NCBI GenBank assembly: GCA_964016885.1
Contig: OZ024742.1
Span: 125,674,001-125,738,000 of the forward strand
Origin: Eledone cirrhosa
Lineage: Eukaryota
Length of the DNA: 64,000 nucleotides
Direction: 5' to 3'
The position numbers and the translations under genes were made by a program. How positions within the stretch are numbered: position 1 is the stretch's first letter; every line of letters starts with the position of its first letter. Shown in pieces: positions 10,509 to 24,292 of the stretch. The notes beneath the pieces were generated by a model. The model did no database searches, was not told the origin of the DNA, and worked only from the letters and a program-made list of their open reading frames with translations.

Positions 10509-13500
10509 GGTCTGTTTGGACGTTTTTTTGCTCGCTCCTAGTAAGTCGCTTTATTTACCTGTTATAATTATTTGTTGATTAATTTTTCTTGTTGTGTAAT
10601 GGATATAAGCCCTTGGACTTTGCCCTGTCAGGTGGAAAGTATAATATTTGGGCCTTTTGGCTCAAATATTTGAACAATATTTAAACATTTTACTTTTAAA
10701 TATTAACAAAAACAACATGGCTGAGCCACGTCTCCCAGCAATATGTCTGATGTCGTGTGACAACGGTGTAAACGTTGAGAGGAGGGTTACAGGAATTGAT
10801 ACAACAAACACCACCACAAACAACGTCAACAAAGACAACAACACTGAGAACACTAATTTTTAAAAAATTACCACACCAACTACAACAATAACAGAGACAA
10901 AAGGGCCACTTCTTTCGCAGGTGTGGAACAAAATATAGAGACAGTGCTAGTCGCGGAGGAGGAGATGGCAGTCGCAAGAGCCATGGTGACAAGAAATGAC
11001 ACTAGAGTTTCCCTGAAACCTCCACCCGATTTCTTCAAAGACCAACAGCTGCGCACGGTGACTTACCGCACCGTAACCAAAATGTCACATCGGGTAGAGA
11101 GAGCCACGGAGGCTCAAATCCAAAAAGCCTTGGGGTGCGTCTGGGCGCGCAAAACCCACATCACCCGAGGCAAAAAGTACGCTACAGTAGACGTACTTCC
11201 ACCCCCCCCCCCCCCCAAGAGGCGAAGTCTCACTCTTTGGAAACTCTAAAGAGTGAGGAGATAGTCTTGGTGCCCTCCTACTGCGGGCAGTGAGGGTCAA
11301 AGTGACCCAGGTCCCGCCCGACGTGCCCATACCTTGACTGGCCGCATCTGTACTTACTGGAATCGAGGAGAAGACCACCATACAGCAAATACAGAGAATA
11401 AAAAGAGAGAACTGGTCAGGAATAGGCATGCAAATGCTAATACAAACTGATCAGGAGTGCAACTCCCTATAAGCGAGGAAGGAAGGCGCCCAAAGTGCTA
11501 TCCCGCCGGAGCGGGATCCACTACCACCAACAACAGCAGTGGAGCTCATACCTCTCCCAGACGCCACGGAATCCGACAAGGAGTATGAGGCGGGAGGAAT
11601 GTGGCAAACAGTCTGTCACATAAAAACAAAAAACAAAAAAAACCCTAAGCTTCACCCTCCAAAATCGAAGGCATACAAAGAGGAGTAAATGCTGCAAGGA
11701 GACTTGCAGCAACACCACCACCATCACCAGCACAAACATCACCACCAACAACAACCACACCACCACCAGCATCACCAAAAACACCACCATCGCAAACACA
11801 ACAAAGCACACACTCCCAACAGCAACAAAACCACCCCTCCCCCAAAAAAGTACACACCCATAAACATGGCAAATAAAGAACTCTAACAACATATAAAGCA
11901 GCACACAGACATCACAGAAAAAAATTACTACAACCCACCAACACCAAGAACTCACCCGAAAAATATAAACATCATTAAAATATTAAAATAGAACATTATA
12001 AACTTTTAAAAGAAAAATTCCCCAACGCAGTTGGAGACTTCAGAGGGTCGGTTAGAAAGAGGATATACACCGACATCATCTTGGAAACACCTGTGACCAG
12101 CCAAAGGGACGGTTCTACTGTCCATCCCCCACACGATCAAGGTAAGTGATCCTTTCTCACTTTCTCATCCAATATGAATAGGCAGTATAAATGTACGTGG
12201 CCTGGGGTCATCTTGGAAGCAGGGTCACCTGTTCAACGACCTCAGGTCGCTAAACATAGATATGGTGGCCATCAGCGAGACCAGAAACTCCGAAGCACGA
12301 GCCTTCGCACCGATCTTCGACAGCTACGATGTATGCGCATTTCCCAGCCGTCCAGGATCGGAGGGAGGAGTTGCTGTTATTTTTCGGAGGGGCTTGGATC
12401 TCGTCATACGGACCATCTTCCTGGACCCAGAAGGTAAGTCGGTGGTGCTGGACGTGACCGGCAGCGAAGGCAATGCTTTCAGGCTATTATCCCTCTACGC
12501 CCCAACAGGGGCAGGACAGCCAGATTTCTTCAGACGTCTAGAGACTTTTCTTGGAACGTCCCGCTCTTTAGTGTTAGTGGGCGACTGGAACGGTATGTTA
12601 GATGCACGCTGGGATCGTGTGGGACTAGTAGACAGAGCAGGAGGGTATAAAATCCTCAACAACTTGCTCAGACGTTTTGAACTGTCTGACAGGTATAGAC
12701 TGGATTATCCGAATGTACCAATGTGGACATGGGCAAACCGCATCGGGTCATACAGATCGTATTTAGATAGGGTATTCTGTAGGGAAACAGATAAGGCTAG
12801 TGTAGGTTGTCCACAATTTAAAGTAGTCGACTACACGGACCACAAATTTGTGATCTGTGATGTTGACTAAGACTCCAAAGGCAAAGGCCCGGCTACTGGA
12901 AGCTGAACGCGTCGTTCCTGGCGCGCATAGCTTACAGAGACTGGATAAGCGAATTAGTTCAGCGTGCGTTGACGGGTGCGATCGTCAACAACAGGTGGTG
13001 GTTTACCCTGAAAAGGGCTATTAGAGTAGAATCGATAAGGTTTAGCAAAAGAGTAGTGATAGAGAAAAATAGAGTAGAGGGACAGTTAGTTAGAAAGCTA
13101 GAAGAGGTGTTTAGGACAGGCATCGCAACCGACGTGCTTGCGGCGAGATTGGCACTCGACCAATTCTTCAACGCAAAGCATGAAGGCTGCGTTGTCAGAG
13201 CTAGAGCGCGTACTCTAAGACACGAGAGGACGAAAGCCGTTCAATGGGCCCGGGTGGTGAAGGCGCGACGTGGTAACAAGTCCACAATTCGGTATTTGCC
13301 TAATCAAAACGGGCGCATGCTGCTCGAACCCGAGCAGATGTGTGCGGCTTTTCAACAGCACTTTGCTCAATTGTGCGGGAGCGGCGGCGGGCCGGATCGG
13401 TGTCGGGACTTCGGTACATACCTCGGCGAACTGTCGCGGCTCTCGACGACCGCAGTGCAGTGCTGCGAAAAGCCGATAACAGCAGGTGAAATCATGTCTG

Positions 13501-15574
13501 AGGGCACGATGGGTAAATCGCCAGGTTTGGATTGTCTGCCCTACGAGCTTTATGCGTATATGCCAGACTTGTTCGGCGACCTCTTGGCAGATGTCTACTG
13601 CAACTGGCAGCAGAACGAGAACATTCTCAGTTTTGTGAGCCGGGGAGCGGTGGCGCTGCTGAGAAAAGACACGAACAAGGGGGGCGTACAACATCAGGCC
13701 CATAACTCTGCTAAACGCAGAGTTTAAGATTTGGGCCAAGGTGTTAGCAAAGAGATTGACGCTTGTCATCGGTGATCTGGTGGGAGAGACGCAGACATAC
13801 GCCATTCCGGACAGATTTTCCCCTTCTCGTCCCTCTTGTACGTACTGGCCCTAGAACCGTTACTGCACAAATTGGAGTCGATGAAGGGGGTCCCATGCGA
13901 ACTGGGATGCGGGAGATCCGTGTCAGCTTACACCGACGACGTCACCGTCATGGTGTCGAGCACCAAACACGTCCAGATGCTCGGCACCGCTCTCGAGGAA
14001 TTCGAAGCGGTGACAGGAGCAAAGATAAACCAGGAAAAGTCGGTGGGCTTGCAACTCGGCACCTGGAGAGGCAAGTCCATGCTGCCCGACAGCGTCGTAG
14101 GGCGCTGGACGGAATGACCGGTTAAATTGCTCGGGGTCTGGTTCGGTCCGGACCTCCAGATGGAGAAAAACTGGAGCGAGGTGACGAGCAGGGTGGCCTC
14201 TCTCACCCAGAAATGGGCCGAGAGGAGGCTGTCTCTGAAAGGTCGGGTGGAGGTGGCAAATGGGTACATAGCGTCCGTCATCTGCTACCGCCTGACCATC
14301 GTACCTTGCCCCCCGCCCAACTCTGACCAAAATGGAGCGCCTTCTCTTCCGCTTTTTGTGGAAGGGACCTGCTCCCATGGTCAGACGATCCATTTGCTGT
14401 CAACACCCACTGCGTGGAGGACTAGGCATGCCATGACTGATGATGTGCAAACATGCGCTGAGGCTACGACATCTCTGAGGCTTCCTTGACGGTAAACAGG
14501 TATGGTCGCCATTTGCCAGACACGCTTTTCCCCAGCTCGTCTCCTTGACGGAGCTGCAGTCCTGGATCAGGAAAAGACCGAGGGATAGCGCTTGGAAGCT
14601 GGAATGTCTCCAAGCGCTCACCGCCCTCTACCAGCTGGGCACTAGTATCGGTGGAACATCCACCTCGTCGTTCTATAGAGGGCTAGTGGAGGGAAAGAGC
14701 AACGACGTTCTCGGGGAGACCCTGGCGTCGAAGACGATCAGCTGTTCGCTCTCTTCAAGAGAACTTTCAGACCGGGGCCTATGGACATCTTGCAGAAATC
14801 CCTAGCCTGGCAGTGCTACCGGGGAGCGTTGCCGGTTCGGGATAAGCTCTACAGGCACGGAGGTGCTGTCAGCCGAGCCTGTCCGAGATGCGCGCAGAGC
14901 GACGAAACCGTCCTGCACGCACTCGTTCAGTGCCCGAGGATTGCTGACTTGTGGAGCTATGTCGAACAGCTACTGTCGCGTGTAGGACGGATCCGGTTAT
15001 CGACTGAGTCCATTGTGCAGATAGCCCCGCCATCCTCCTTTAAAGAGGAAGAAGGGCAGGCAGTTTTCCTCTGCCTGGTGGCCATGGCGAAAGAGATTGT
15101 GTGGTGGACAAGGTTGAAAGGGTTGAAGACGGACACTTTCCTCTCCGGCCAATCCCTGATTAACTTTTTCAAGTTTTGTTTGAAGAGGAAAATCAGGGTG
15201 GAGAGGCAAGTGCTGTCTTCTAGTAAGTTTGTTGAAAGGTGGGTGAAAGTGGCGAGTCTGGTCCGAGTGAACGGGCCCGCTCTGAGAATGCGCCTGTAGA
15301 CTGAGGAGTGGGAAAACTGAGAGAGGGCGCTTGCCCTGGTGGTCAGGGTGGTCAGGGTCTTTTTTGTGTGGTTTTCGCCACGAGTGACCCTCGTAGGTTT
15401 CCCCCTTTTGGGAGAATTTTTCTTGTTTGAATTTTTTTGATTTCTAGCCCGATTTTGTTATAACCTGTTTACACGACCAAAACCCACTTTGTATCGTCCT
15501 GTACTGTTCTGTACCGTCTCTAATGTTTTTCTTCATGTTAGCCCTTGTGGCCAATAAAGAAACCATTATTATTA
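10509..15574 (+). mobile_element. Tx1 retrotransposon copy 3, diverged subfamily, degenerate
   Basis: ORF1 remnants (VTYRTV..RVERATEAQIQKALG) and ORF2 fragments at 12174-15299 with stops and frameshifts. Part of the RT core is deleted near 13815. AATAAA at 15553 and a short (ATT)n tail. Confidence 0.92.
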
Positions 15575-15741
15575 GGGTCGGACGCCATGCTTTGACGTAT
15601 AGAGTTACGGACGTTGCCATTCTGAGTTCAAATCCCGCCGAGGTTAACTTTGCCTTTCATCCTTACGGGGTCGATAAAATAAAGTACCAGTAATGCACTG
15701 GGTTATTGCTGGCCTTGTGCCTAAAGTAGAAACAATTATTA
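15575..15741 (+). mobile_element. 5'-truncated tRNA-derived SINE, same short subfamily as 10306-10508
   Basis: Aligns to 10333-10495, including the B box and the shortened GCACTGGGT.ATTGCTGGCCTTGTGCC segment. Confidence 0.85.
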
Positions 15742-15748
15742 GTAGTTT

Positions 15749-16100
15749 GAGAAATGGAAAAATTGAGAGAGGGCGCTTGCCCTGGCGGTCAGGGTGGCCG
15801 TGGTCTTTTGTGTGGTTTTCGCCACGAGTAACCTTCGGAGGTTTCCCCCTATTGGGGAATTTTTCATTGTTTCAATTTTCATTTTTAGTGTTTATATATA
15901 TATATATGTTTCTATGTCTTTTTTTTTCTTTTCTTATATAAATAATAAAAATCTTTACACGCACAAAACCCACATCGTACCGTCCTGTACCGTCCTGTGC
16001 CGTCTCTAATGTTTTTCTTGATGTCAGCCCTTGTGGCCAATAAAGAAATCATTATTATTATTATTATTATTACTATTATTATTATTATTATTATTATTAC
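15749..16100 (+). mobile_element. Tx1 3' UTR-only fragment (copy 4) with (ATT)n tail
   Basis: Matches the 3' UTR of copy 3 (GAGAGAGGGCGCTTGCCCTGG...GCCCTTGTGGCCAATAAAGAAA), followed by (ATT)n/(ACT)n/(GCT)n. Confidence 0.88.
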
Positions 16101-16279
16101 TACCATTACTACTGCTACTGCTGCTGCTGCTGTTACTACTACTACTACTATAAACATTATCATGATCATTACCACATTGAATCGTTGAATGTCCGAAACA
16201 GTAGAGTGGATTAATAAATGATTTACATTGTTTAATCACATGTCAGCATAACATGTTTGCTTTAGAAGGGTCTGTTCAA

Positions 16280-17420
16280 CATTGGAAGGAAATACCATTG
16301 GTTGTCATTGGTAGTCAATATGAATCGGATACTGACAAAGATTGTCATGATACGACTAAATAAGGCTTACGAAATAAACATAGATGACTCCCAATTTGAT
16401 TTGAAAAGGAATCGATCAACGCCTGATGCTATATTTGTGTTAAGGTCTATTATCAACAAATACAAAGATACTTTAATTGCTTTGTATATTGAACTAACTG
16501 GTGCATACGATCATATTACATGGAATTTCCTTTTCAAAAGGACTTGAAAATATCACACTTGCTTCTAAAATCTAAAGTCTTTCTCGAGCCCAGTTACTCA
16601 TCAGGTACGGAGCTTATCACGGGTTCCTTGGCGTTAAGCTAAGTATACTATGGCAATATGAAATGAAGTTTTTGCTCAAGATCACAATACACAACCCAGT
16701 CCAAGAATCGAACCCACGACATTATGATCGTATGTCCAACCCCCCTTACAACTAGGCCACGTTCCTCATTGCCATTGTATATAAAATAATGTACCAAGAT
16801 ACAACAGCGTCAATTCTCTGTAAAAAAGGTAGATTCGAAGAGTTTCAGACAAGGAGATCAAGAGTCACCATGCATATCCAGTTACTATTTTCATTATGTT
16901 TTGAAGGTGGCTGTATGTGAGATTGATAAAAAAATTTCCAGATGACTGAGACATCGAATTCGAATTTAATATTCTACATTTATGTATAAATAGCAAACAG
17001 TGGAAAATCGGTACACTAAAGGGTGTACAGCTAATCAGATGGCTGCCCTAAGCTGGTGATCTCATACTGTTCTGTAAATCTGTCGCTCAAGTGAAGAATG
17101 CCATAAATATACTAAATTATACATTGTCCCGCCTTGGACTCACCGTCTCCTTTTCAAAGACAAAGTCCCAAGTATACAACAATTAAGAATTTGCCGACTT
17201 GACTTCATTGTTTTCAATTGAGGAAAATATTAATGTATCAGAATTCGCATACAAACCTTCAGCAATAGAAAACAAGGCAGTTTTACAAACCTTCGTATAT
17301 CAAAAGCAATTGGAAAGTTCAATGAAATGAGACAGTGCTCACGGACCAGAACGAGAACATGACATCAAAATTTAATGGTGGCGGGGTCTTGTATTCGATC
17401 CAACATCTTCTATGTAACCC
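16280..17420 (+). mobile_element. Highly degenerate RTE-like LINE RT fragment, interrupted by a SINE
   Basis: Translation ..SQF..NRSTPDAIFVLR...LYIELTGAYDHI resembles the non-LTR RT QxGF-R-STxDAIF / DLxKAYD motifs. The end coordinate is approximate. Confidence 0.6.
16577..16770 (-). mobile_element. tRNA-derived SINE (second family)
   Basis: Minus strand has A box TGGCCTAGTTG and B box GGTTCGATTC. The 3' part GCTTAACGCCAAGGAACCCGTGATAAGCTCC resembles 36594-36625. Confidence 0.7.
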
Positions 17421-18669
17421 AAGTCTAGCATATAAAGGAAGAATGTGTCAGGAAGATTGGGGAGTTGTTTGATGGAGTCTGTTGAGGCAAATGATTAATT
17501 GTGGCTTGAATAGACTCCGAACCTCTGAAGACGGAAGGGAGACTGAATTGAAACTCCGATATACCAACAGTTATCCTGCAAATAACAAAACAACAAGTCT
17601 CAGAACTGTGATGAGGAGCCAATAACTAAAATATTTTGGATAAATTTCTCACTGTCTAACACTATGATGACAAAGAAAATGCTAGTTGTTATTTGTTATT
17701 TGTGAAGCAGCCACACCAACGTGATCCTCGGATTAATATCCCAATCTGATTGAACGTCTCTATTGACACGTAACACAAAGTTGGTTTAGCTGAATTGATT
17801 GAAGGGCAATCTAACGATGCAACTCCGTGGCAACAGGGTTACAGAATTGGAGTCATATAGAAGTATAAGTATAGGTACAGATTTAAGTCATGAATTTACT
17901 TTCCCTTTGTGTGTTTTGGCCACCACAGTTGATAAAGTAAGTATCTGTTATATACAGGCCAAATTTCAATAATTAAAAAACAATAATTGTCATTAATATT
18001 TCCCAAGGTGGATACAAGAACAATATAACAGACGTGTTATCATCAAGTACATAGATCCCAGCCCATCAAACTTCTGTGTTCTTTGTTCCAGAATTAGAAA
18101 TCGTAATTATTTGTACTGATATTCGAGCTGACAAACCAGTGGTAAATATAGTAAAACTCTATTGAATATCTGCGTAGAGTCAAATAGGAATTTTTGGAAA
18201 TTGATAGTAAGCATTGTCGGCAACAATTTAATCATGAGAAGGTTTCTAGAAAGAAATTCATCGCAAAATGCTGATTTCTACATTTTCTAAAAATGTTCCG
18301 ACATTTTATTTTTGAAATATTGTTTGTAGAATGTTTTTATAGGTTTGTTTTGTGTAAGCTATTGCAAACAATGTGACAACTTATGCACTCTTCATCAATC
18401 TCAAACCAAAGACAAGAAACCTAAATGTTAGATTTTTCATACTTTACATAAAATTCATAAAAATCTTTTGTGTACTCATTTTTTCAGATATGCCTGATAT
18501 AAATTTCGCCTGCATTCTTCTGTGAATGTAGAAATATTAATCGAGGTGTATATTAAGAAATATGCGTTACGTTTATTAGACATAAACATATCGTCTATGC
18601 CTTCATATACATATCTGTTTTGAATCCTGCAATCTTAGTGCTACTGCTAAACATACATGTATTAACTAT

Positions 18670-20240
18670 ATATTTGGATCGTTTACATGGCACATACTTC
18701 CCCTCAGAGATTAACAGAATTGTTAATGGGATTTCTTCTAATTTTATGCATTCTGAGTGGTTAAATATTAACGAAAACTGAAACAGCTGTCTGACATCCT
18801 CAACGTCTACTGAGCTATCTGACATGTTCACAGAACAAAAGAGAGAGACAAATATTTTTTTCATAACGAAAAAGTATTTTCATAGCGAGACTCTCATATA
18901 TTTATTGTATATAAACATATAGTATATGCTTTCATACACACCCCTATGCTTAACACCATCTTAGTACTACTGCCATTTAACCATCCCATTGTTCGATCCG
19001 CTGAACTGCCCACTAATTTTATTACCCTGTATGTGGTTGAGTATTTCACGCGCACATATACACTAAATATTTGGATCGTTTACATGGCACATACTTCCCC
19101 CTCAGGGATTAACAGAATTGTTAATGGGTTTTCTTCTAATTTTATGCATTCTGAGTTCCAAAATATGTTTGGTGACCTTGTCTGTATCAAACTGTATAAG
19201 ATTCTCAGAGGAAGACAACTGGAAACTTCCTTTATAATCTTCTATCAAATTTCTATGTCAAATACACACCGCTTGTCATGATAGATACCAGGGATCGTTC
19301 ATAAACATAATAGTACTAACAGTAATAATACACCAGTCCGAGAACACATGAGTAACATATATCATTATTAGCATTGCCGAATTACCAAGAATTTTGAATT
19401 TATATTTATCTAGAACTCCAAACTATGAACGATATATCGTGTGCATGGGTATCAACTATTTCATCCAAACATGATGATTCCTACAAAGTATTTATATTTA
19501 CGAATAAGATATGTACGAGATACGTCGATATTTATGTTGTGATATATCTAGCATCAAGCGAACAAAATGTTTCTCATACAGAATTAATGGAATTGTTATG
19601 TTATTGTACTGTGAATTCTCTGTTGTATTCTAAATAGATAGGATTTCACCGTAAAAGAGATTGTGCCTCGATTTAATGTTTTAATCAACATATAACGGTA
19701 ACTTATATATTTGCTAGAGGTGTGGGCAAAGATATATTATTATTTATACAGATGGCGCCTCAAAAACTAAACCTTTGCATTTATTTGTATATATATAAAT
19801 ATTTTTCTCCTTCTTCGCCCACTTATTCCTGAGAGGGTCGTAGAAGAAGAGTCTTCAAACGCCTCTTCCAGTGGTTCCTGTCAGAAGAAACCGTCTCCAA
19901 TTGATCGGGCTGCGGGAGGGTCTATCTCCGGGTCCCCTGCCGGTTGGTTTGGTCCGTAAAATTTGTCCAGCAAGTCTTTCCTGTGACATTCTAAGCACAG
20001 GCACCAGCTTCAGCAATCGGTAATCAGAAGAGAGGTAGATGTAAAAGCCACATTCGCTATCTTCAATTTGGTATTCCTGCAAACCCTTACCTATGGTCAT
20101 GAATGTTGGGTAATTGCCGAAAGAAACGATCACAAATACAAGCGGCCGAGATGGGTTTCCTCCGAAGGGTCTCTGGAATAACCTCTTATGAACGAAAGTA
20201 CGGTCATGGAAGAAGAAGAAGAATAAGAAGACGGAGAAGA

Positions 20241-20312
<72 letters not shown>

Positions 20313-21288
20313 AATTTCGAAAGAAATAGAATGTAATGCATATGATGAGAGATGGAAGAGGTATAGTGAGAGAAAGAAGAAAAGGGTTATATTTTAAACC
20401 GACACCCTGATATTCATAATAGCAACTGGCTATTTTTCAGCTATTTCCGATTTTGAAATCCCTACAATTTTATAAACGTTTTTACATACTCATCGCTCCT
20501 AAATTATTTCATATCATGTTTACATACATATATTGAGCCAATTTAGCTTCTAAGATGAACGTATAACGGTGCCAGGGACAATTAACTCTTTAACTCTGTA
20601 TACATCTCTCTCCCTCTCTCCCTCTCCCTCTCCCTCCCTGTCTCACCCTCTCCCCACTACTATCACTACTACTCCTATTACATCCACTGTCTTCTCACCT
20701 GCTGCTGCTGCTTTCATCAGAATAGAAGATGCCTCTTTTTCAGTCAGCCGCAGCCCATTACGGACGTGTTTCTACTGCTCTTTTGTTCTGTTTTTTATAT
20801 ATATACATACCTACAGAAAAATTGATTCTGTTGCACGGGCTAAACTTAAATATGTGATATTTCTTTTACCGCCCGAAATCACAGGAAGAGAAGGAAGCTG
20901 ACGACGCGATTATGACGCTATAGTTATTATTTCTTATTTTTATTTCTCTCTTCATTTTCATCTTAGTAACTGTTGAGTGGTTAAATATTAACGAATCCTG
21001 AAACAGCTGTCTGACATCCTCAACGTCTACTGAGCTATCTGACATGTTCACAGAGCAAAAGAGAGAGACAAATATTTTTTTCATAACAAAAAAGTATTTT
21101 TATAGCGATACTCTCATATGTTTATTGTATATAAACATATAGTATATGCTTTCATACACACCCCTATGCTTAACACCATCTTAGTACTACTGCCAATTAA
21201 CCATCCCATTGTTCGATCTGCCGAACTACCCACTAATGTTATTACCCTGTATGTGGTTGAGTATTCCACGCGCACATATACACTAAAC
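18670..21288. repeat. Local duplications: 18753-19066 with 20974-21287 (~315 bp); 18670-18758 with 19068-19156
   Basis: Near-identical text, e.g. GAGTGGTTAAATATTAACGAA..CTGAAACAGCTGTCTGACATCC and TATTTGGATCGTTTACATGGCACATACTTCCCCTCAG. Confidence 0.85.
19810..20190. mobile_element. Short RTE-clade LINE 3' fragments in opposite orientations
   Basis: Plus strand IQAAEMGFLRRVSG; minus strand MSQERLAGQIL..PTGRGPGDRP. Both are typical of the post-RT region of RTE ORF2. Confidence 0.6.
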
Positions 21289-22419
21289 AGAGTTCTTAAT
21301 CTGAATCAATATGACACGGTATGTTACAAGACTGAAGTTTTGAGTTACGGGTTGAGTCCATCCGGCTAGAAATCGCTCGGTTTCTATCTATGCAATTTTG
21401 GGGAGACCCTAGCTATGGTAAAAAAAAAAACATATTTTCCTGAGATACCACACTGTGTGATCAAGCCCAATACCTCTAGATTGCGAAATAAACTTCTTAG
21501 CTTCTCGATCATTCCTACGGTACAGGGGACGGTGGAAAAGCTTTGAGGGACGGTGGAAAAGCTTTGAGGATAGTTTGTCTCGCGCAGGATTAATCAAAAC
21601 CAACGACATCTTCATCACACTTTCCTTATGCACAGCACTAGTATTGCACCTTGAGTGCAGCACTTTAATTCTTTAGTATTTACATTACTCTATATCTACT
21701 ATTGTATTTTCACAGTAAAGGTTTTATCTCTCATAATATCGAATCTATGAGATTTTGATATTATTTATTTTGAGAACAACACCTTTCACGTCAGTATCGA
21801 GTCCTGGTTATGGCCAGTTTGAACCGAAAGTGATGAGAGAATTCTAGCCGGATATGACCGATTTAAATGCTGGCTACGATGATTTCTAATTTAAGCATGA
21901 TGTTAGCAATTCATTGAGAGGGTAAGTCGATTCAGTCAACCTAAATACCAGTTAAGCACTGATGTCAAAATAATCAACGTTGCCCTTCTTTTAAAATGCT
22001 GGCCTTGTGCCAATTTTAGAAGGAATTATTAGCACAGCACTCAAAACATCAACCAAGGGCATACATTACAATATTATACACTTCTATCTGTGACTTGCTT
22101 TTATTCTATCTTATTTTATTTCTTCTCCGATTCATACTAATACAAAGCATTACTCGTCTACAATTTCTAAATTGTTCTAATTTTCGAGAGAAACTATTTT
22201 ATTCCGAAGCCATTATTTAAACTGTTTTTATTTCCTTTTCAACGCCTTCAAGGATCATTCCTTGACTTTTATTTAATATATTTTATATTTCTTTGTCAAT
22301 TCCTATTAGAAGTGTAACACTCTAAGAAATTTAACATCTTCACATAAATTTAGTCAATCTAACATTTCTTAGAATTTTCTCGCATTTTTGTTTAAATGAC
22401 CTTCTATGTGTATATATAG

Positions 22420-22502
<83 letters not shown>

Positions 22503-23229
22503 AGAGAGAGAGAAAAAGAAAGAGAGTGAGATATGAATAATGAAAGAAAGAATTATAATGAAAGAAGAGACTATATATATATACATACATACATATACAC
22601 ACACACACACAGACATCACACATATATACAACACATACACAAACACACACAGATATCAACCCAATGAGGACCATACTATCAACCATTCAATATAGTTCTC
22701 GAGCTTTTCATAAATAGGTTTGTAAATCCTGCTGCTTTCACACATACACACACACTCACGCATACACATACACACACACAGACATACACATACACACACA
22801 CACACATACACACACACACACACACATACACAATGACATACTAATGCTGACAGATGCACATATATAACCGAGCTTTTCATAAATAGGTTTGTAAATCCTG
22901 CTGCTTTCACACATTCACACACACTCACGCATACACATACACACACATACACATACACACACATACACAATCACAAGTACATACTAATGCTGACAGATGC
23001 ACATAAAAACCAACACATGCACACATAAATTAAACCTTACTCATAAACATACATACAAGTACTTATGTTTATGGTTTTGTATGCAACTACATATTCATAA
23101 AACCCTTTCTCCTCATTTATATGCATACATTCTGTCTTAGCTGGGAAATTTAGATAGTTGAAAATCTTCGATTAAGTGAGATTATTCAAGGAAAATATAG
23201 CATGTGAGTGGCTATTGTATTATATGTGA

Positions 23230-23560
23230 AAGCGTGTGGTTTAATGGTTGAAAAGTTGGTTTCACAAACGTGAGATTGTGAATTCGATTCCTGGACCATG
23301 TGATGCATTGTGTTCTTGAGTATGACACTTTATTTCGCGTTGCACCAGATGACTCAGCTTGCGAAAATCAGTTGTGCTGTCACTGCACTGGGGCCAAGCT
23401 ATATCCACCTTTGCCTTTTCCTTGAACCACATGGCTATCATGGAGATGGGGGGGGCTGGTATGTATGCGTGACTGCTGGCCTTCCACAAACAGCCTTGGG
23501 TGGAATTGTTCCTCGATGGGGAACTTTCTAGCTGCAAAGCCCATATTCATTCTTGACCGA
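23230..23560 (+). mobile_element. Degenerate tRNA-derived SINE
   Basis: A-box-like TGGTTTAATGG and B-box-like AATTCGATTCC, followed by a TGTGTTCTTGAG..ACACTTTATTTC central block like that of the 16577 SINE. Confidence 0.55.
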
Positions 23561-24223
23561 AGTTGATCATCGCCCTTATTGTAATATGTATGAATATTGT
23601 AGTGAGTGGATATTGTAATATGTGTGTGTCTACCCACCATATCGTCCATGTTTTTCATAAGAATCATATTTCTCTCGTAACTATAGAAAAAAAGCTCGAT
23701 TGCATTTTCTGTCTGTCTGTCTTTCTATATGTATGTGTGTATGTATGTATATATATATATATGCATATATATACAAAGGAGCTCTTAAGAGACAATGGCC
23801 ATCCAAAATCACCGGGAGAGATGACCCCTTAGCCTTTGTCAAGGCAGAATTCTAGGAGAAGGAAAACTCTGATATAACACCTGCAACCCTGATGGTATCC
23901 AATGATGTTGACTTATTCTTCTTTTTGGTAAATATCATCTTGGTTAAGAGAGTGGGACTGGCTTTGTGCAGTGCCTTTGCTCACTATAAAAGCTTCACGG
24001 CACAGGCATTGCTTTATATCTGGAGATCTCTCTACACTTGTCGTCACATGGTACCATGGGCCCAGCACTATGTGTCAATAATTGTCACAGGTGTAGTGTT
24101 TGTACCAGAGTTTTCAAGTCGCTGGCTGGACTAAAAGTCACACTTGTTTAGCGCATCGGTAGGGGTTCTCCTACATGGATATAAAGTAGTGGCCGTACTC
24201 GAAAACGAGTTGGCAGCCACCAT

Positions 24224-24254
<31 letters not shown>

Positions 24255-24292
24255 AATGTATGTATGAGTGTATGTATGTGTGTATGTATGTA

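Noticed and set aside
18595-21084. Repeated minus-strand peptide MKKIFVSLFCSVNMSDSSVDVEDVRQLFQ
   Set aside because: A consequence of the 315-bp DNA duplication; no domain similarity or splice support that I can recognise.
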